DNA from: an uncultured Cognatishimia sp.
GTDB lineage: Bacteria; Pseudomonadota; Alphaproteobacteria; Rhodobacterales; Rhodobacteraceae
NCBI GenBank assembly: GCA_964021645.1
Contig: CAXIAD010000001.1
Location: forward strand, 866 to 64,865
Length of the DNA stretch: 64,000 nucleotides
Reading direction: 5' to 3'
Shown: piece by piece, positions 38,248-47,680 of the stretch
How the letters are laid out: each line of letters starts with the position of its first letter
Numbering within the stretch: the first letter of the stretch is position 1
The notes under the pieces: generated by a model
Seen by the model: only the letters and a program-made list of their open reading frames with translations
Databases searched by the model: none
Told to the model about the DNA's origin: nothing
Translations under genes and position numbers: made by a program

Positions 38248-39042
38248 TTAGCGTTGGAAAATGGTGGGAAACCAATCCTCGCGTAGGGTTTGGCCTGCTG
38301 ACATGCCATGGCCCGGAAAAGGAGGAGAGGTCGGTCCGGGTCGCTCGACATAGCGCGCATCATCCCCAATCAAGCGCAGCGAAAAGGCGCGCCGACGGGT
38401 ATTTGTCGTGTTGCCACGTGCGCCGTGCAATGTACCGAAATTGAAGGCAACAGCGTCGCCCGGCTCCATCTCCCACTCACGGATTTCCATGCCCTCTTTG
38501 TCAGGGTCAGGGACGGGCATGTATTTGTCATCGTCTGCGTAAAAACTGGATTCAGCCAACCACCGCGTCGGCAAAACGGGTTTTTCCCACGCATGGCTAC
38601 CGGCGACGCAGCGCAGGCTGTTGCCTTTTACCGGATCAACAGGCGACCAAAAACTGACGTTCTGAATGCCCTCGACAAAGTAATATGGGCCGTCCTGATG
38701 CCAAGGCGTGGCCTTGCTGGTGCCAGGTTCTTTGACGAGAACATGATCATGGAACACCTGCACGCGGTTTGATCCCATAAGATCAGCGGCCACCTCGGCG
38801 GCGGCGGATGTGCGGATCACGTCCTCAAATTCGGAAATGCGTGTCCAATTGCAATAGTCATCAAAGAATCGCCCGCCTTCGCCCTCTTTGAGGTTTTCCG
38901 CAGCATATGGCCCCGGCTCTGTCATGTTACGCTCAATACCGGCGCGGATCGTCTCCACTTGGGGTTTGAACAGGCCTTTGATCAGGACAACACCGTCCTG
39001 TTGAAACGTGTCGATATGGGTTTGTGTGAGCAATGGATGCAT
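38248..39042 (-). CDS. Phytanoyl-CoA dioxygenase (PhyH) family Fe(II)/2OG oxygenase
   Basis: 264 aa. 'PWHQDG' (HxD facial-triad part) and distal 'GTLHGARGN'. The N-terminus 'FQQDGVVLIKGLF' is typical of PhyH-like proteins. Confidence 0.8.
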   Translation of the reverse strand: MHPLLTQTHIDTFQQDGVVLIKGLFKPQVETIRAGIERNMTEPGPYAAENLKEGEGGRFFDDYCNWTRISEFEDVIRTSAAAEVAADLMGSNRVQVFHDHVLVKEPGTSKATPWHQDGPYYFVEGIQNVSFWSPVDPVKGNSLRCVAGSHAWEKPVLPTRWLAESSFYADDDKYMPVPDPDKEGMEIREWEMEPGDAVAFNFGTLHGARGNTTNTRRRAFSLRLIGDDARYVERPGPTSPPFPGHGMSAGQTLREDWFPTIFQR

Positions 39043-39125
39043 TGGTTGTTCCTCCTATTTCGGGTCAGCTTAGCCATCCAATCCAATAGGTTCCAATAAT
39101 ATTATATTACTATATAAATAGTTAT

Positions 39126-40001
39126 ATGCTATATCTTACCCTCCGCCAATATCAGTATGTTGTTGCCACCGCAGATGCCGGAAGCCTGACTGATGCAGCC
39201 ATAAATTTGCATGTCTCACAGCCTTCATTGTCGATTGCGATTACCCGAGTCGAGACACGATTGGGGCGGGCGATATTTGTTCGACGCAAAGGGGCGGCAA
39301 TTATGGTGACGCCTTTTGGGCACCGATTTGTTGAACAGGCGCGCGCGCTATTGAAAACCGCCACCGAAATTGAGCAATATTCAGATGCGGCGCGCCCCTT
39401 TGTCTTGGGCTGTTTTGAGGATATCGCGCCGTGGTATTTGACGAAAGCGTTGACACAGCTACGCGCGCAATTTCCCGCCATGGTTTTCAAAGGTCACGAG
39501 GGCAGGTTTTCTGATTTGGCCACAGACATTGCCGAGGGCTGTGTTGATCTGGCGATTTCATATGACATCGGGTTTGATAGCCGTTTCAACCGCCACCTGA
39601 TTAAGGAGGTCGCGCCGGTTGCCATTGTCTCAACCGATCATCCATTGGCGGCGTTTGAAACGCTTGAGTTGCACCAATTAGACGGGTTGCCCTTGGTGTT
39701 ATCAGCCGAGGAATTGTCGCTTGGGTTTATTCGTAAGCTGTTTGACGAGCTGGAGGTGACGCTGAACCTGGAGCATGAGACGGCATCGCTTGAGATGATG
39801 CGCTCTTTGGCGGCGCATGGTGTGGGGGTTGGGATCAGCTATTCCACCCCGCCAACCAAGGTGAGTTATGATGGCCAGCCGCTAATCACCGTACCCATCG
39901 TGACGCCGCAGGCATTGGCAAAAATTGTGCTGGTCAGGTCAAATCTGGTGGAGCCGGACCCCAAAACCCAAGTGGTTTTGGAGGCCATTTCATCAATATA
40001 A
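39126..40001 (+). CDS. LysR family transcriptional regulator
   Basis: 291 aa. HTH 'LRQYQYVVATADAGSLTDAAINLHVSQPSLSIAITRVE'. Divergent from the PhyH gene across an AT-rich 83-bp spacer. Confidence 0.85.
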   Translation: MLYLTLRQYQYVVATADAGSLTDAAINLHVSQPSLSIAITRVETRLGRAIFVRRKGAAIMVTPFGHRFVEQARALLKTATEIEQYSDAARPFVLGCFEDIAPWYLTKALTQLRAQFPAMVFKGHEGRFSDLATDIAEGCVDLAISYDIGFDSRFNRHLIKEVAPVAIVSTDHPLAAFETLELHQLDGLPLVLSAEELSLGFIRKLFDELEVTLNLEHETASLEMMRSLAAHGVGVGISYSTPPTKVSYDGQPLITVPIVTPQALAKIVLVRSNLVEPDPKTQVVLEAISSI

Positions 40002-40011
40002 AGCAAGTTCT

Positions 40012-41262
40012 CTATTCAAACGGGAAGGTATCAAGCCGCTCATACCCGGTTTCTGTCACTAGCACCTGCGTCTCAAGCTTAATGCTTTCTGAGTGCTCTT
40101 CGGCCATCAGGCTTTCGATGCAAATGACCATGCCCGGCTCTAACTGTCCTGACATTGCGCTGTCATCAAAATCGACGTGCAGGGGAATCACGGGCCATTC
40201 GTCAGCCATGCCAACCCCGTGGGCGGCAAGCGAATAGCGGTAGGGCACGTGGGCGTCGGGGATTTGCCAGCTTTTGGCGTTGAACTCGGCAAAACTGATG
40301 CCGGGGCTAACAAGCTCTAGGTTGTGATGAATTTGCGCTAGGGCCGTATCATACAGCCGCCGTTGCGTGGCACTCATCGGGGTATATCCGCAGGTCCAAG
40401 AGCGCGAGATATCGGCGCAATAGCCGTAGGGACCAATCATGTCGGTATCAAAGGAAATCATCTCCCCAGCCTGACAGACGCGATCGGAACATTCCTGATA
40501 CCACGGGTTTGTGCGCGGGCCGCATGTCAGCAGCTTGGTTTCCAGCCAATCCCCGCCTGATCGCGCGTTTTCGAAATGCAGATGCGCCCATAATTCACGC
40601 TCTGTCACGCCGGGCTGGGAATGGTCATATATGCGCGCCATTCCGGCCTCGCATACCCGAATTGTCCAACGCATCAGTTCAATTTCATCGGCGGATTTGA
40701 TCGAGCGGGCAAGCTCGGTTATCTGCGTGCCATCGACATGGGTAAGGCCGCGCGCCTCAAGCGCGTGAACGCCGCTGCCATCCAGCCGGTCACAGGCAAT
40801 GCGTTTATTGCCGCCGCCATATTCAGCGAGCAAATCGGCGATTTCATCTGCCCAATTTGCGGTCGCCACCTCGACCTTGTCACCCGAGGCCATGAACATC
40901 CACGTTTTGGCGACGCGGATTTCATCAATGCCGGGCAAGCCTTCGCTTTGGTGCAAGCAGCCTTTGAACTCGAACATAATCGCCGGGCCATCCGCAAGGA
41001 TCAGCGCATAGCGCATGGGGTTATGCAACGTCCAAACCTGCATGTTTGAGCAATCAAACGCATAGCGGATATTGCAGGGGTCATACAGTAAAAGGGCCGC
41101 GCAACCGGATTGCGCAAGTTGGTCACGCAACCGCTGTAACCGGTAAGTCCGCGCTGCTGTCAGAACGGTGTCGGGCACCGCGCTGATCAAGGGTTTATCC
41201 GCCCCCTCAGCATTCAGATAGGTGAGCTTGCGTTCGTCTTTGAATACGGCGCTATCCATCAT
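40012..41262 (-). CDS. M24-family 'pita-bread' enzyme, DddP-like (candidate DMSP lyase homolog)
   Basis: 416 aa. The segments 'DPCNIRYAFDCSNMQVWTLHNP' and 'GGDWLETKLLTCGPRTNPWYQECSDRVCQAGEMISFDTDMIGPYGYCADISRSW' closely resemble what I recall of roseobacter DddP. All five M24 metal ligands appear present (FDTD, ADIS, AHGVG, CIESL, KLETQ). Confidence 0.6.
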   Translation of the reverse strand: MMDSAVFKDERKLTYLNAEGADKPLISAVPDTVLTAARTYRLQRLRDQLAQSGCAALLLYDPCNIRYAFDCSNMQVWTLHNPMRYALILADGPAIMFEFKGCLHQSEGLPGIDEIRVAKTWMFMASGDKVEVATANWADEIADLLAEYGGGNKRIACDRLDGSGVHALEARGLTHVDGTQITELARSIKSADEIELMRWTIRVCEAGMARIYDHSQPGVTERELWAHLHFENARSGGDWLETKLLTCGPRTNPWYQECSDRVCQAGEMISFDTDMIGPYGYCADISRSWTCGYTPMSATQRRLYDTALAQIHHNLELVSPGISFAEFNAKSWQIPDAHVPYRYSLAAHGVGMADEWPVIPLHVDFDDSAMSGQLEPGMVICIESLMAEEHSESIKLETQVLVTETGYERLDTFPFE

Positions 41263-42044
41263 GATGCGCGGCCATAAAAGCCGATGCGCTCTTCATCCGA
41301 AAACAGCACATCGGGTTTTTCAAAGTAGGAAAACACCGCGATGACCCGATTTTTATCGCCCTGAACAGGGGTCACGCGGTGGGCTGTGTTTTTACCCTTA
41401 AAGATATTCAATGTGCCCGCGGTCAAGGGCATCCGCACCGGGGCTCTGCGCCCCTCTAACAGGTCGGCAACACCGCTGTAATTCGGGTCGGTATCGCTGC
41501 GCAAATCTTGATCATATTCAAATTCGCCGCCCACGGTTGGGGCCTGCAACAACAGCGTGGTTGTGAATTCTGAACGGTCAAAATGCCAGTTCAACGCCTG
41601 CCCTTCGCTGTAGCCCATGACATTCACCCGCGCCAATGGATCGGCCATCCGAAATAGCTGCGGTTTTTCCATCACGGCGGCAAGGAACTGCACAAAGGGG
41701 GGCCATTCGTATAGTTGAATGACCAAGGATTGCCCCAATTGATCGGCACAAACCGTGCGGTTTGACGTCTCACATTCACGCAACGCGGGGTGATCGGGGG
41801 CCAATCCGTCGATTGTTTTCTTGAAATAGATATTGTGGTTGCGGGCGTGCTCAAACGACTGAGTGGCGAGGAGTGGGCTAACCTCATCTACCGCGCTTTG
41901 CAGCACCGTTTCGCGCACAAAACCTGCAAGGTTGAACAATCCGTCCTTTGCCAAACGCGCCTGGCAATCGCAGACCAATGCCGCCCATGCCGCGCTGTCA
42001 GGTTGATCAAGAGGGTAGCGGTCTAGGTCAATGATATCTTGCAT
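41259..42044 (-). CDS. Fe(II)/2-oxoglutarate-dependent oxygenase family protein
   Basis: About 261 aa from ATG 42044 (behind AAGGAAA). 'NWHFDRSE' (HxD) and 'KNTAHRVTP' (distal His, Arg). The ATGA-type overlap with the DddP-like gene start indicates an operon. Confidence 0.65.
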   Translation of the reverse strand: MQDIIDLDRYPLDQPDSAAWAALVCDCQARLAKDGLFNLAGFVRETVLQSAVDEVSPLLATQSFEHARNHNIYFKKTIDGLAPDHPALRECETSNRTVCADQLGQSLVIQLYEWPPFVQFLAAVMEKPQLFRMADPLARVNVMGYSEGQALNWHFDRSEFTTTLLLQAPTVGGEFEYDQDLRSDTDPNYSGVADLLEGRRAPVRMPLTAGTLNIFKGKNTAHRVTPVQGDKNRVIAVFSYFEKPDVLFSDEERIGFYGRAS

Positions 42045-42146
42045 GAGATTTTCCTTAGTTGTTGCAAGGACTATGTTGCCGGATCCCCATTTCAGCAATA
42101 CTATTTCTAATTGTGATCCATAAGAAATTCTTTTGAAAGAGCTGCC

Positions 42147-43007
42147 ATGAAACGCCTCCCCCCGCTAAATGCTTTGCGTGCCTTTGAGGTGGCGGCGCGC
42201 ACCGGATCGTTCACCAATGCGGCGCGTGAAATGGGGGTCAGCTCGGCCGCCATCAGCCAGCAGGTCAAACAGTTAGAGGCGTTTTGGGGCAAAACGCTGT
42301 TTATCAGACAAGGCAATCGCATCGCCCTAAGTGACGCTGGCCAAACCGCCTATCCGCAACTGGGGCATTGGATGACTGCACTGGGTGATCTGTCTGATGC
42401 GATGCGTCGAACAGAACGGCGTAGGCATCTGGTTTTAAGTGTACCACAGTCGGTTGCCGAAACATGGTTGGCACCAAAATTATCCCGCCTAAACCGGGGG
42501 GATCACGCGACTTCTCTTGATATCAGGGTGCAAGATGACCCCATTGATTTTGCCCGCGACAAGGTTGATCTACGGATTTTCTACGGTCACGATCTATATG
42601 GTGATTTCCGGGTAGAGTCGTTGTTTTCGGATGTGTTGGTGGCGGTTGCAGCACCCGAATTTGTGGCCGAAAACGGCCCGCACTTGGATGATATCGCGGA
42701 TAAGGATTTGATCCATACCGATTGGGGTCGTGGATATTCGACCTCGCCCAATTGGGGGCAGGTTTTCACCAAAGACCGCATTATAAATCACAATGCAGGG
42801 CTGCGGGTTCAGGCGAGCAGTACCGCGTTAAATTTTGCACGCATGTGTTTTGGTGTTGCCTTGGTTCCCCTGAAATTTGCCGAGGAGGAATTGTCCGCTG
42901 GTCGCATTGTGCAAATGGAAATGGACCCTGTGCAAATGGGGCAGGAATATAGGGTGGCCTATCCAAAACGATTGGCGGCCAATCCGGTTGTGCGATCTGT
43001 GCTTTAG
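42147..43007 (+). CDS. LysR family transcriptional regulator (GcvA-like)
   Basis: 286 aa. 'LPPLNALRAFEVAARTGSFTNAAREMGVSSAAISQQVKQLE', a typical GcvA-subfamily N-terminus. Divergent from the 2OG-oxygenase/DddP-like operon. Confidence 0.85.
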   Translation: MKRLPPLNALRAFEVAARTGSFTNAAREMGVSSAAISQQVKQLEAFWGKTLFIRQGNRIALSDAGQTAYPQLGHWMTALGDLSDAMRRTERRRHLVLSVPQSVAETWLAPKLSRLNRGDHATSLDIRVQDDPIDFARDKVDLRIFYGHDLYGDFRVESLFSDVLVAVAAPEFVAENGPHLDDIADKDLIHTDWGRGYSTSPNWGQVFTKDRIINHNAGLRVQASSTALNFARMCFGVALVPLKFAEEELSAGRIVQMEMDPVQMGQEYRVAYPKRLAANPVVRSVL

Positions 43008-43150
43008 GTTCTGGCGGCGTAACTCGTGGCGCAGCACAAGTTTGGCTTGCGCGATACTGATTTTCGCCCCTAAGCTACGCCAAATATGTTGATCCGTGAT
43101 GCTTAGCCGACGCCGACCCCTCCCCCAAATATGACAAAAAGGAATACGCA

Positions 43151-44299
43151 TTGTTTTCAGAACGCATGGCACGCCTTCGGGAAAATCTGGCCCATTCAAA
43201 CGTCGAGGTGGCGTTGATAACGGACGATGACAGCGTGTATTATTTCACCGGATATTACGATTATCTGCATATGGATTTTGGGCGCCCGACCATTCTGGTT
43301 GTCCCGCGCGACGGTAAATCCTTGTTGATCACCCCCAGCATGGAGATCGGCATGGCCGAGGCCGCAGCACGCGTGGACCGGATTGCAGATTGGAACGATG
43401 GACTGGGACAGGAGTGGCGCGAAGAATTGCCCGCGGCCCTTGCCGGGCATGGCACCATCGCGATAGAGCCAAATCAAATGCCCCCCATTGTGCGCAATTT
43501 CATCGACACGCTGGTTGATCCTGCGCGGCTGTGTGATCTAACGCCGATTGTCGCCGACATGCGCATGATCAAAACACCAGAAGAGCTGCAACTGGCCCGA
43601 CACGCGGGGCAAGTTGCCACCGCCATGCTAGAGGCCGGGCGCGCCACGATCATGGACGGCGTGCCAGAATTCGAGGTGGCGCTGGCAACCTCACAGGCGG
43701 GCACGCGCAAGGCGGCAGAACTGTTGACCGCGCATTACAATGACACATGCATGTCGCCCAACACACATTTCCTGCAAATCATGGCCTCGGGCAAAGAGAT
43801 CATAAAGCCGCATCACCGTGCCTCAACCAAGATCATGAAGCACGGCGAGCCGGTATTTCTGTGCTTTTGCGGGATGACCAATTTTCACCGTTTCAAGCTG
43901 GGTTTTGACCGTACCTTTTGGATTGGTGAAATCGCCGACAATGAGCAGGCCAAGGTCTATGAGGTGGCGGTGGCCAGTCAGGCCGCAGCCCTTGCAGCCC
44001 TAAAACCGGGGGTCAGCGCGGAATCTGTGCACGCGGCATATGCCGAGGTTATTCAAGACGCGGGGTTTGATTATCCGTTTAGATGTGGCCGCGCGACCGG
44101 GTATAGTTTTCTTGAGAAACCGCAATTGGTGACCGGCGACACAACCATCATTCAGCCCGGCATGGTATTGGCGGTAGATGGGTCTGTCACGCTCGCAGGG
44201 TCATTCCGCGCGCAGGTGGGCGATAGTTTCATCATAACCGAGGATGGGTATGAGCAAATCACCCATCACCCAAAGGATTTGAATAGCGTCATCCTATAG
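43151..44299 (+). CDS. M24-fold (creatinase/prolidase-like) protein with degenerate metal-binding residues
   Basis: About 377-382 aa (TTG 43151 or ATG 43166). It has a creatinase_N-like N-terminus plus a pita-bread C-terminus. By eye, the canonical D/D/H/E/E positions read C(F/C)../D/R/D/G (LCFCG, GFDRTF, CGRATG, LAVDGS, VGDSFIIT). Confidence 0.7.
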   Translation: MFSERMARLRENLAHSNVEVALITDDDSVYYFTGYYDYLHMDFGRPTILVVPRDGKSLLITPSMEIGMAEAAARVDRIADWNDGLGQEWREELPAALAGHGTIAIEPNQMPPIVRNFIDTLVDPARLCDLTPIVADMRMIKTPEELQLARHAGQVATAMLEAGRATIMDGVPEFEVALATSQAGTRKAAELLTAHYNDTCMSPNTHFLQIMASGKEIIKPHHRASTKIMKHGEPVFLCFCGMTNFHRFKLGFDRTFWIGEIADNEQAKVYEVAVASQAAALAALKPGVSAESVHAAYAEVIQDAGFDYPFRCGRATGYSFLEKPQLVTGDTTIIQPGMVLAVDGSVTLAGSFRAQVGDSFIITEDGYEQITHHPKDLNSVIL

Positions 44300-44328
44300 G
44301 GGCGTTGTGCGGGTATGGCCGACCCCAG

Positions 44329-46062
44329 TTAATTAACATTCGCGCAATCAAATATAATCACTTCGCGCTCCAGAAACAGGGGTTTTCGGGGCGCGATAAC
44401 ATGGGCCGCTGTGCACGTCTGGGCAAGGGACGCATAGAATTTCCGGAACGTGGCAGAGGGTGTTTCGTTGATAAGATACTCAAGATGCGAAACAACTATG
44501 ACGTCAAACCCCTGCGCGACCCAATGCTTTACCTGCCATTCCTGTTTTTGTAGCGGCCAGGCATAGGGCTTAACCTTGCCCTTTAATTCCTCATCCGTGG
44601 CATCCTCTAGCCCGAACATCACACCCGGCATGGGAATGTGAAACACCGATCCTGTTACATCTGTTTGGATCGTGCGTTCTGGCGCACGCTCTGGCATTTG
44701 CACATCATATTTTGCTGCCAACCCATCCAGTCGTGCAAATTCAAATGCCTGTGCTGCCATGGTTTTGGGAATGTCCAACACCACGCCGGTTAACACCTTG
44801 CGATCCGCGTATTCCTGCGAAATGATGCGGCTGATATCCTGCGTCACAGGGGCTGCTAGGGTTTGGCCCCATAACAACACCAGTGCATAGATCGACAGAG
44901 CCGCCGAGATGCCCAAGGCCCCCCATGCGATACCAGACACGGCCCTGCGGGCATGACCCGCCAGATCCACCAGCGCCAAGGCCGCCAGCAGTTGCATCAC
45001 CATGAAGAAACTGATCCACAAATGCTCTGGCTGACGTAAACGCACGACGGCGGCCAATAGCAATATGCCCACGCCTGTCACCAGCCACAGCGCCATCAGG
45101 GCACGTCGTTGCGGCAACCGACTGGCACCCGACATCAACAGTACCGGCAAGAGCAAAAACGCGATGACCATCACGCCATTGATCCCCCATTGCAAATGCG
45201 TCGCGCGATCCAGCCATAGGCCCATCGCTTGCCACAGGCTTGCGTCTTCTTGCACGGACATCACCGCCTGAATTTTCTGAAATGTAATGAAATTCTCAAA
45301 ATCCAGCACAATGCCGATATTCAGCACGGGCCACGCCACAAGGATCGTTAGCAATGAGGTGCCCAGCGCCCGTAAATATCCCCGCCCGCCAGTTTGCGGC
45401 AGCAACAACGCCCCGTGGGCAATCAGCAGCGGCACCAGAAAAAACACGAGTGAATGTTTAAAGCTAAGCCCGATCACAACCACCAGCCCCAGCATCACAT
45501 CAAGGCGCATAGAGGCAGGCACCCGCATGCGCTGCAAAAACACCAAAACGATCAAAATCGTCGCCGTTGCTAGCGGCACATCCCCCTTAGCGATAAACGA
45601 GAAATACACCCCAAGCGGTGTGATTCCCACCATCACACCAACAATGGCGGCCCGCGCAACAGATTGCTTTAACCCCCGTGCAATCACAAATGCCAATGGG
45701 GCAATCAGTGCGCCCATCGCGCCGGTTAAGAATCTGGCGGTGATGTAAAAAATCGTCGGGTCATCAAAATACTGTGCGCGAAAATCGCCCGCGCTTTGCC
45801 ACCACGACAGGCCCTTGCCTACGGCGAATAACCCGGCAAACCCAACCGCATTGATGTAATTCAACAGCGGCGGATAGAAATGTTGTCCGGGGATTAATTG
45901 GCCCGTCATGGCCTTGGCCGCGTCATTCATCCGCTCGTCGCCATGAAAATACCCATAGTCGACCCCAACGGACCGAATGGCCCAGGCCCCGATGAACAAC
46001 AGCAGCAAAACCAGATTTTCACGTCGCATTAATTTCACCACACCATCCCATAAGCAGCCCAT
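44329..46062 (-). CDS. GT-C fold membrane glycosyltransferase (ArnT/PMT_2, GT39/GT83-like) with periplasmic C-terminal domain
   Basis: 577 aa (alternative ATG 46029). About 11-13 TM helices. The first loop 'YFHGDERMND' carries an acidic motif as in GT-C enzymes, and a ~170-aa soluble C-terminal domain follows. Divergent from the HAD-UbiA gene. Confidence 0.65.
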   Translation of the reverse strand: MGCLWDGVVKLMRRENLVLLLLFIGAWAIRSVGVDYGYFHGDERMNDAAKAMTGQLIPGQHFYPPLLNYINAVGFAGLFAVGKGLSWWQSAGDFRAQYFDDPTIFYITARFLTGAMGALIAPLAFVIARGLKQSVARAAIVGVMVGITPLGVYFSFIAKGDVPLATATILIVLVFLQRMRVPASMRLDVMLGLVVVIGLSFKHSLVFFLVPLLIAHGALLLPQTGGRGYLRALGTSLLTILVAWPVLNIGIVLDFENFITFQKIQAVMSVQEDASLWQAMGLWLDRATHLQWGINGVMVIAFLLLPVLLMSGASRLPQRRALMALWLVTGVGILLLAAVVRLRQPEHLWISFFMVMQLLAALALVDLAGHARRAVSGIAWGALGISAALSIYALVLLWGQTLAAPVTQDISRIISQEYADRKVLTGVVLDIPKTMAAQAFEFARLDGLAAKYDVQMPERAPERTIQTDVTGSVFHIPMPGVMFGLEDATDEELKGKVKPYAWPLQKQEWQVKHWVAQGFDVIVVSHLEYLINETPSATFRKFYASLAQTCTAAHVIAPRKPLFLEREVIIFDCANVN

Positions 46063-46225
46063 TCACCACCAACATTTCACCCACTTTAGTGACGCCTTAA
46101 CGCCACATGGGTGAAAACACCGCATTCCTTGTCAAACAAAACCACAATTGGGTCAATTTTTTGGTGTCATCATGCACTAGACCGGGCAAAGTCGCCCCAT
46201 AACAGTAAAATTGAGACGTAACATC

Positions 46226-47680
46226 ATGGACGCTGTCCCGACAGACATTCACATACCACTTTTTGTGGATCTTGACGGCACGTTGATCAGAACCGACGTC
46301 GCCCAAGAGTTGCTGGTCAAAAGCCTTGGCACTCCCTCGCAAATCGGCGCGACGGTTGCGGCGGGCATGTCTGGCCGCGCGTCTCTTAAACATTTTCTGG
46401 CCAGCGCGAATGAGTTTGATGCGGCAACCCTGCCCTATCATCAGCAGGTTTTGGATTATTTAGCCGTAGAAAAGGCCAAGGGCCGCACAGTGATTTTGGC
46501 CACAGCCGCCGACATCGTTGTGGCGACCAAAATCGCCGACCATCTAGGTCTGTTTGATCAGGTCATTGCCTCGGATCAGCATCGCAATCTGAAAGGCGCG
46601 CAAAAACTTGCCGCCATTCGTGAAATCGCCGATGGCCCGTTTGAATATCTGGGTGATGCACGCGCCGATCTGCCGATCTGGCAGGAGGCCGCTGTTGTGG
46701 GTTTTGTGAACCCCTCCGCAGCGACCCGCGCAGCTGCCCCCAAAAACACCAAGGTGTCGCTGGATATTGGCGATAAACCACCGCTTGTACGGTCCATCAT
46801 AAAGGCGATGCGCCCGCATCAATGGACCAAAAATTGCCTGATATTTCTGCCGCTGTTTTTCTCTCATGGATATACCGACGGGGCGCGCGTTTTGAATGCG
46901 GTGATCGCCTTTGGCCTGTTTTGTCTGTTTGCCTCCTCCATCTATATCATCAACGATCTTCTGGATATCGAGGCCGATCGCCAACACGCCAAGAAACGCC
47001 ACCGCCCCTTTGCTGCCGGGCGTATGTTGCCCGTTCAGGGTGTAGTTACAGCCATCGGGCTGGCCGCCTTTGCATTCTTCATAAGTATGTCGTTACTAAG
47101 CGTTGCTATGTCGTTGATTTTCCTACTTTATATAGTGATTACAACGCTATATTCGGTCTGGCTGAAACATTACTCGACCATAGATGTGATCACCCTGACC
47201 TGCCTATATACCCTGCGTATTGTGGCTGGGGGCGTTGCAATTTCAGCCGTATTATCACCGTGGTTGTTGAACTTTTCACTGTTCTTTTTCCTCAGCCTTG
47301 CCCTGATGAAACGCTACATAGAATTGGTGCGCGTGCAAAAGGCAGGCAAGGAAAAATCCCGCGGGTATTACGTCACTGACCTACAGGCCGTTTTGCCAAT
47401 GGGGATCGCCAATGGCGGCCTCGCGGTGCTTACGCTGACACTATACCTAAACAGCGAATACGTGGCGCAAACCTATGCCTCGCCAACATTGCTATGGTTG
47501 GTTGCGCCGCTAACATTGTTCTGGGTGTACAGGGCATGGATCTGGGCATTGCGTGACAAAATCGACGATGATCCGGTGGTATTTGCCCTGCGCGATAAAA
47601 TCAGCCGCCTGACGTTATTTCTGACATGCGCATTGGTTATCAGCGCGAAATTCATCTCATTGGAGGCATGGTTTCAATGA
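46226..47680 (+). CDS. Bifunctional HAD-type phosphatase / UbiA-family polyprenyl-phosphate (phosphoribosyl)transferase fusion
   Basis: 484 aa. N-terminal HAD motifs (FVDLDGTLIRTD; ...VILATAAD...; YLGDARADLPIW). C-terminal 8-9 TM UbiA domain with 'NDLLDIEADRQHAKKRHRPFAAG' (NDxxDxxxD). ATG 46226 was chosen over TTG 46211. Confidence 0.75.
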   Translation: MDAVPTDIHIPLFVDLDGTLIRTDVAQELLVKSLGTPSQIGATVAAGMSGRASLKHFLASANEFDAATLPYHQQVLDYLAVEKAKGRTVILATAADIVVATKIADHLGLFDQVIASDQHRNLKGAQKLAAIREIADGPFEYLGDARADLPIWQEAAVVGFVNPSAATRAAAPKNTKVSLDIGDKPPLVRSIIKAMRPHQWTKNCLIFLPLFFSHGYTDGARVLNAVIAFGLFCLFASSIYIINDLLDIEADRQHAKKRHRPFAAGRMLPVQGVVTAIGLAAFAFFISMSLLSVAMSLIFLLYIVITTLYSVWLKHYSTIDVITLTCLYTLRIVAGGVAISAVLSPWLLNFSLFFFLSLALMKRYIELVRVQKAGKEKSRGYYVTDLQAVLPMGIANGGLAVLTLTLYLNSEYVAQTYASPTLLWLVAPLTLFWVYRAWIWALRDKIDDDPVVFALRDKISRLTLFLTCALVISAKFISLEAWFQ

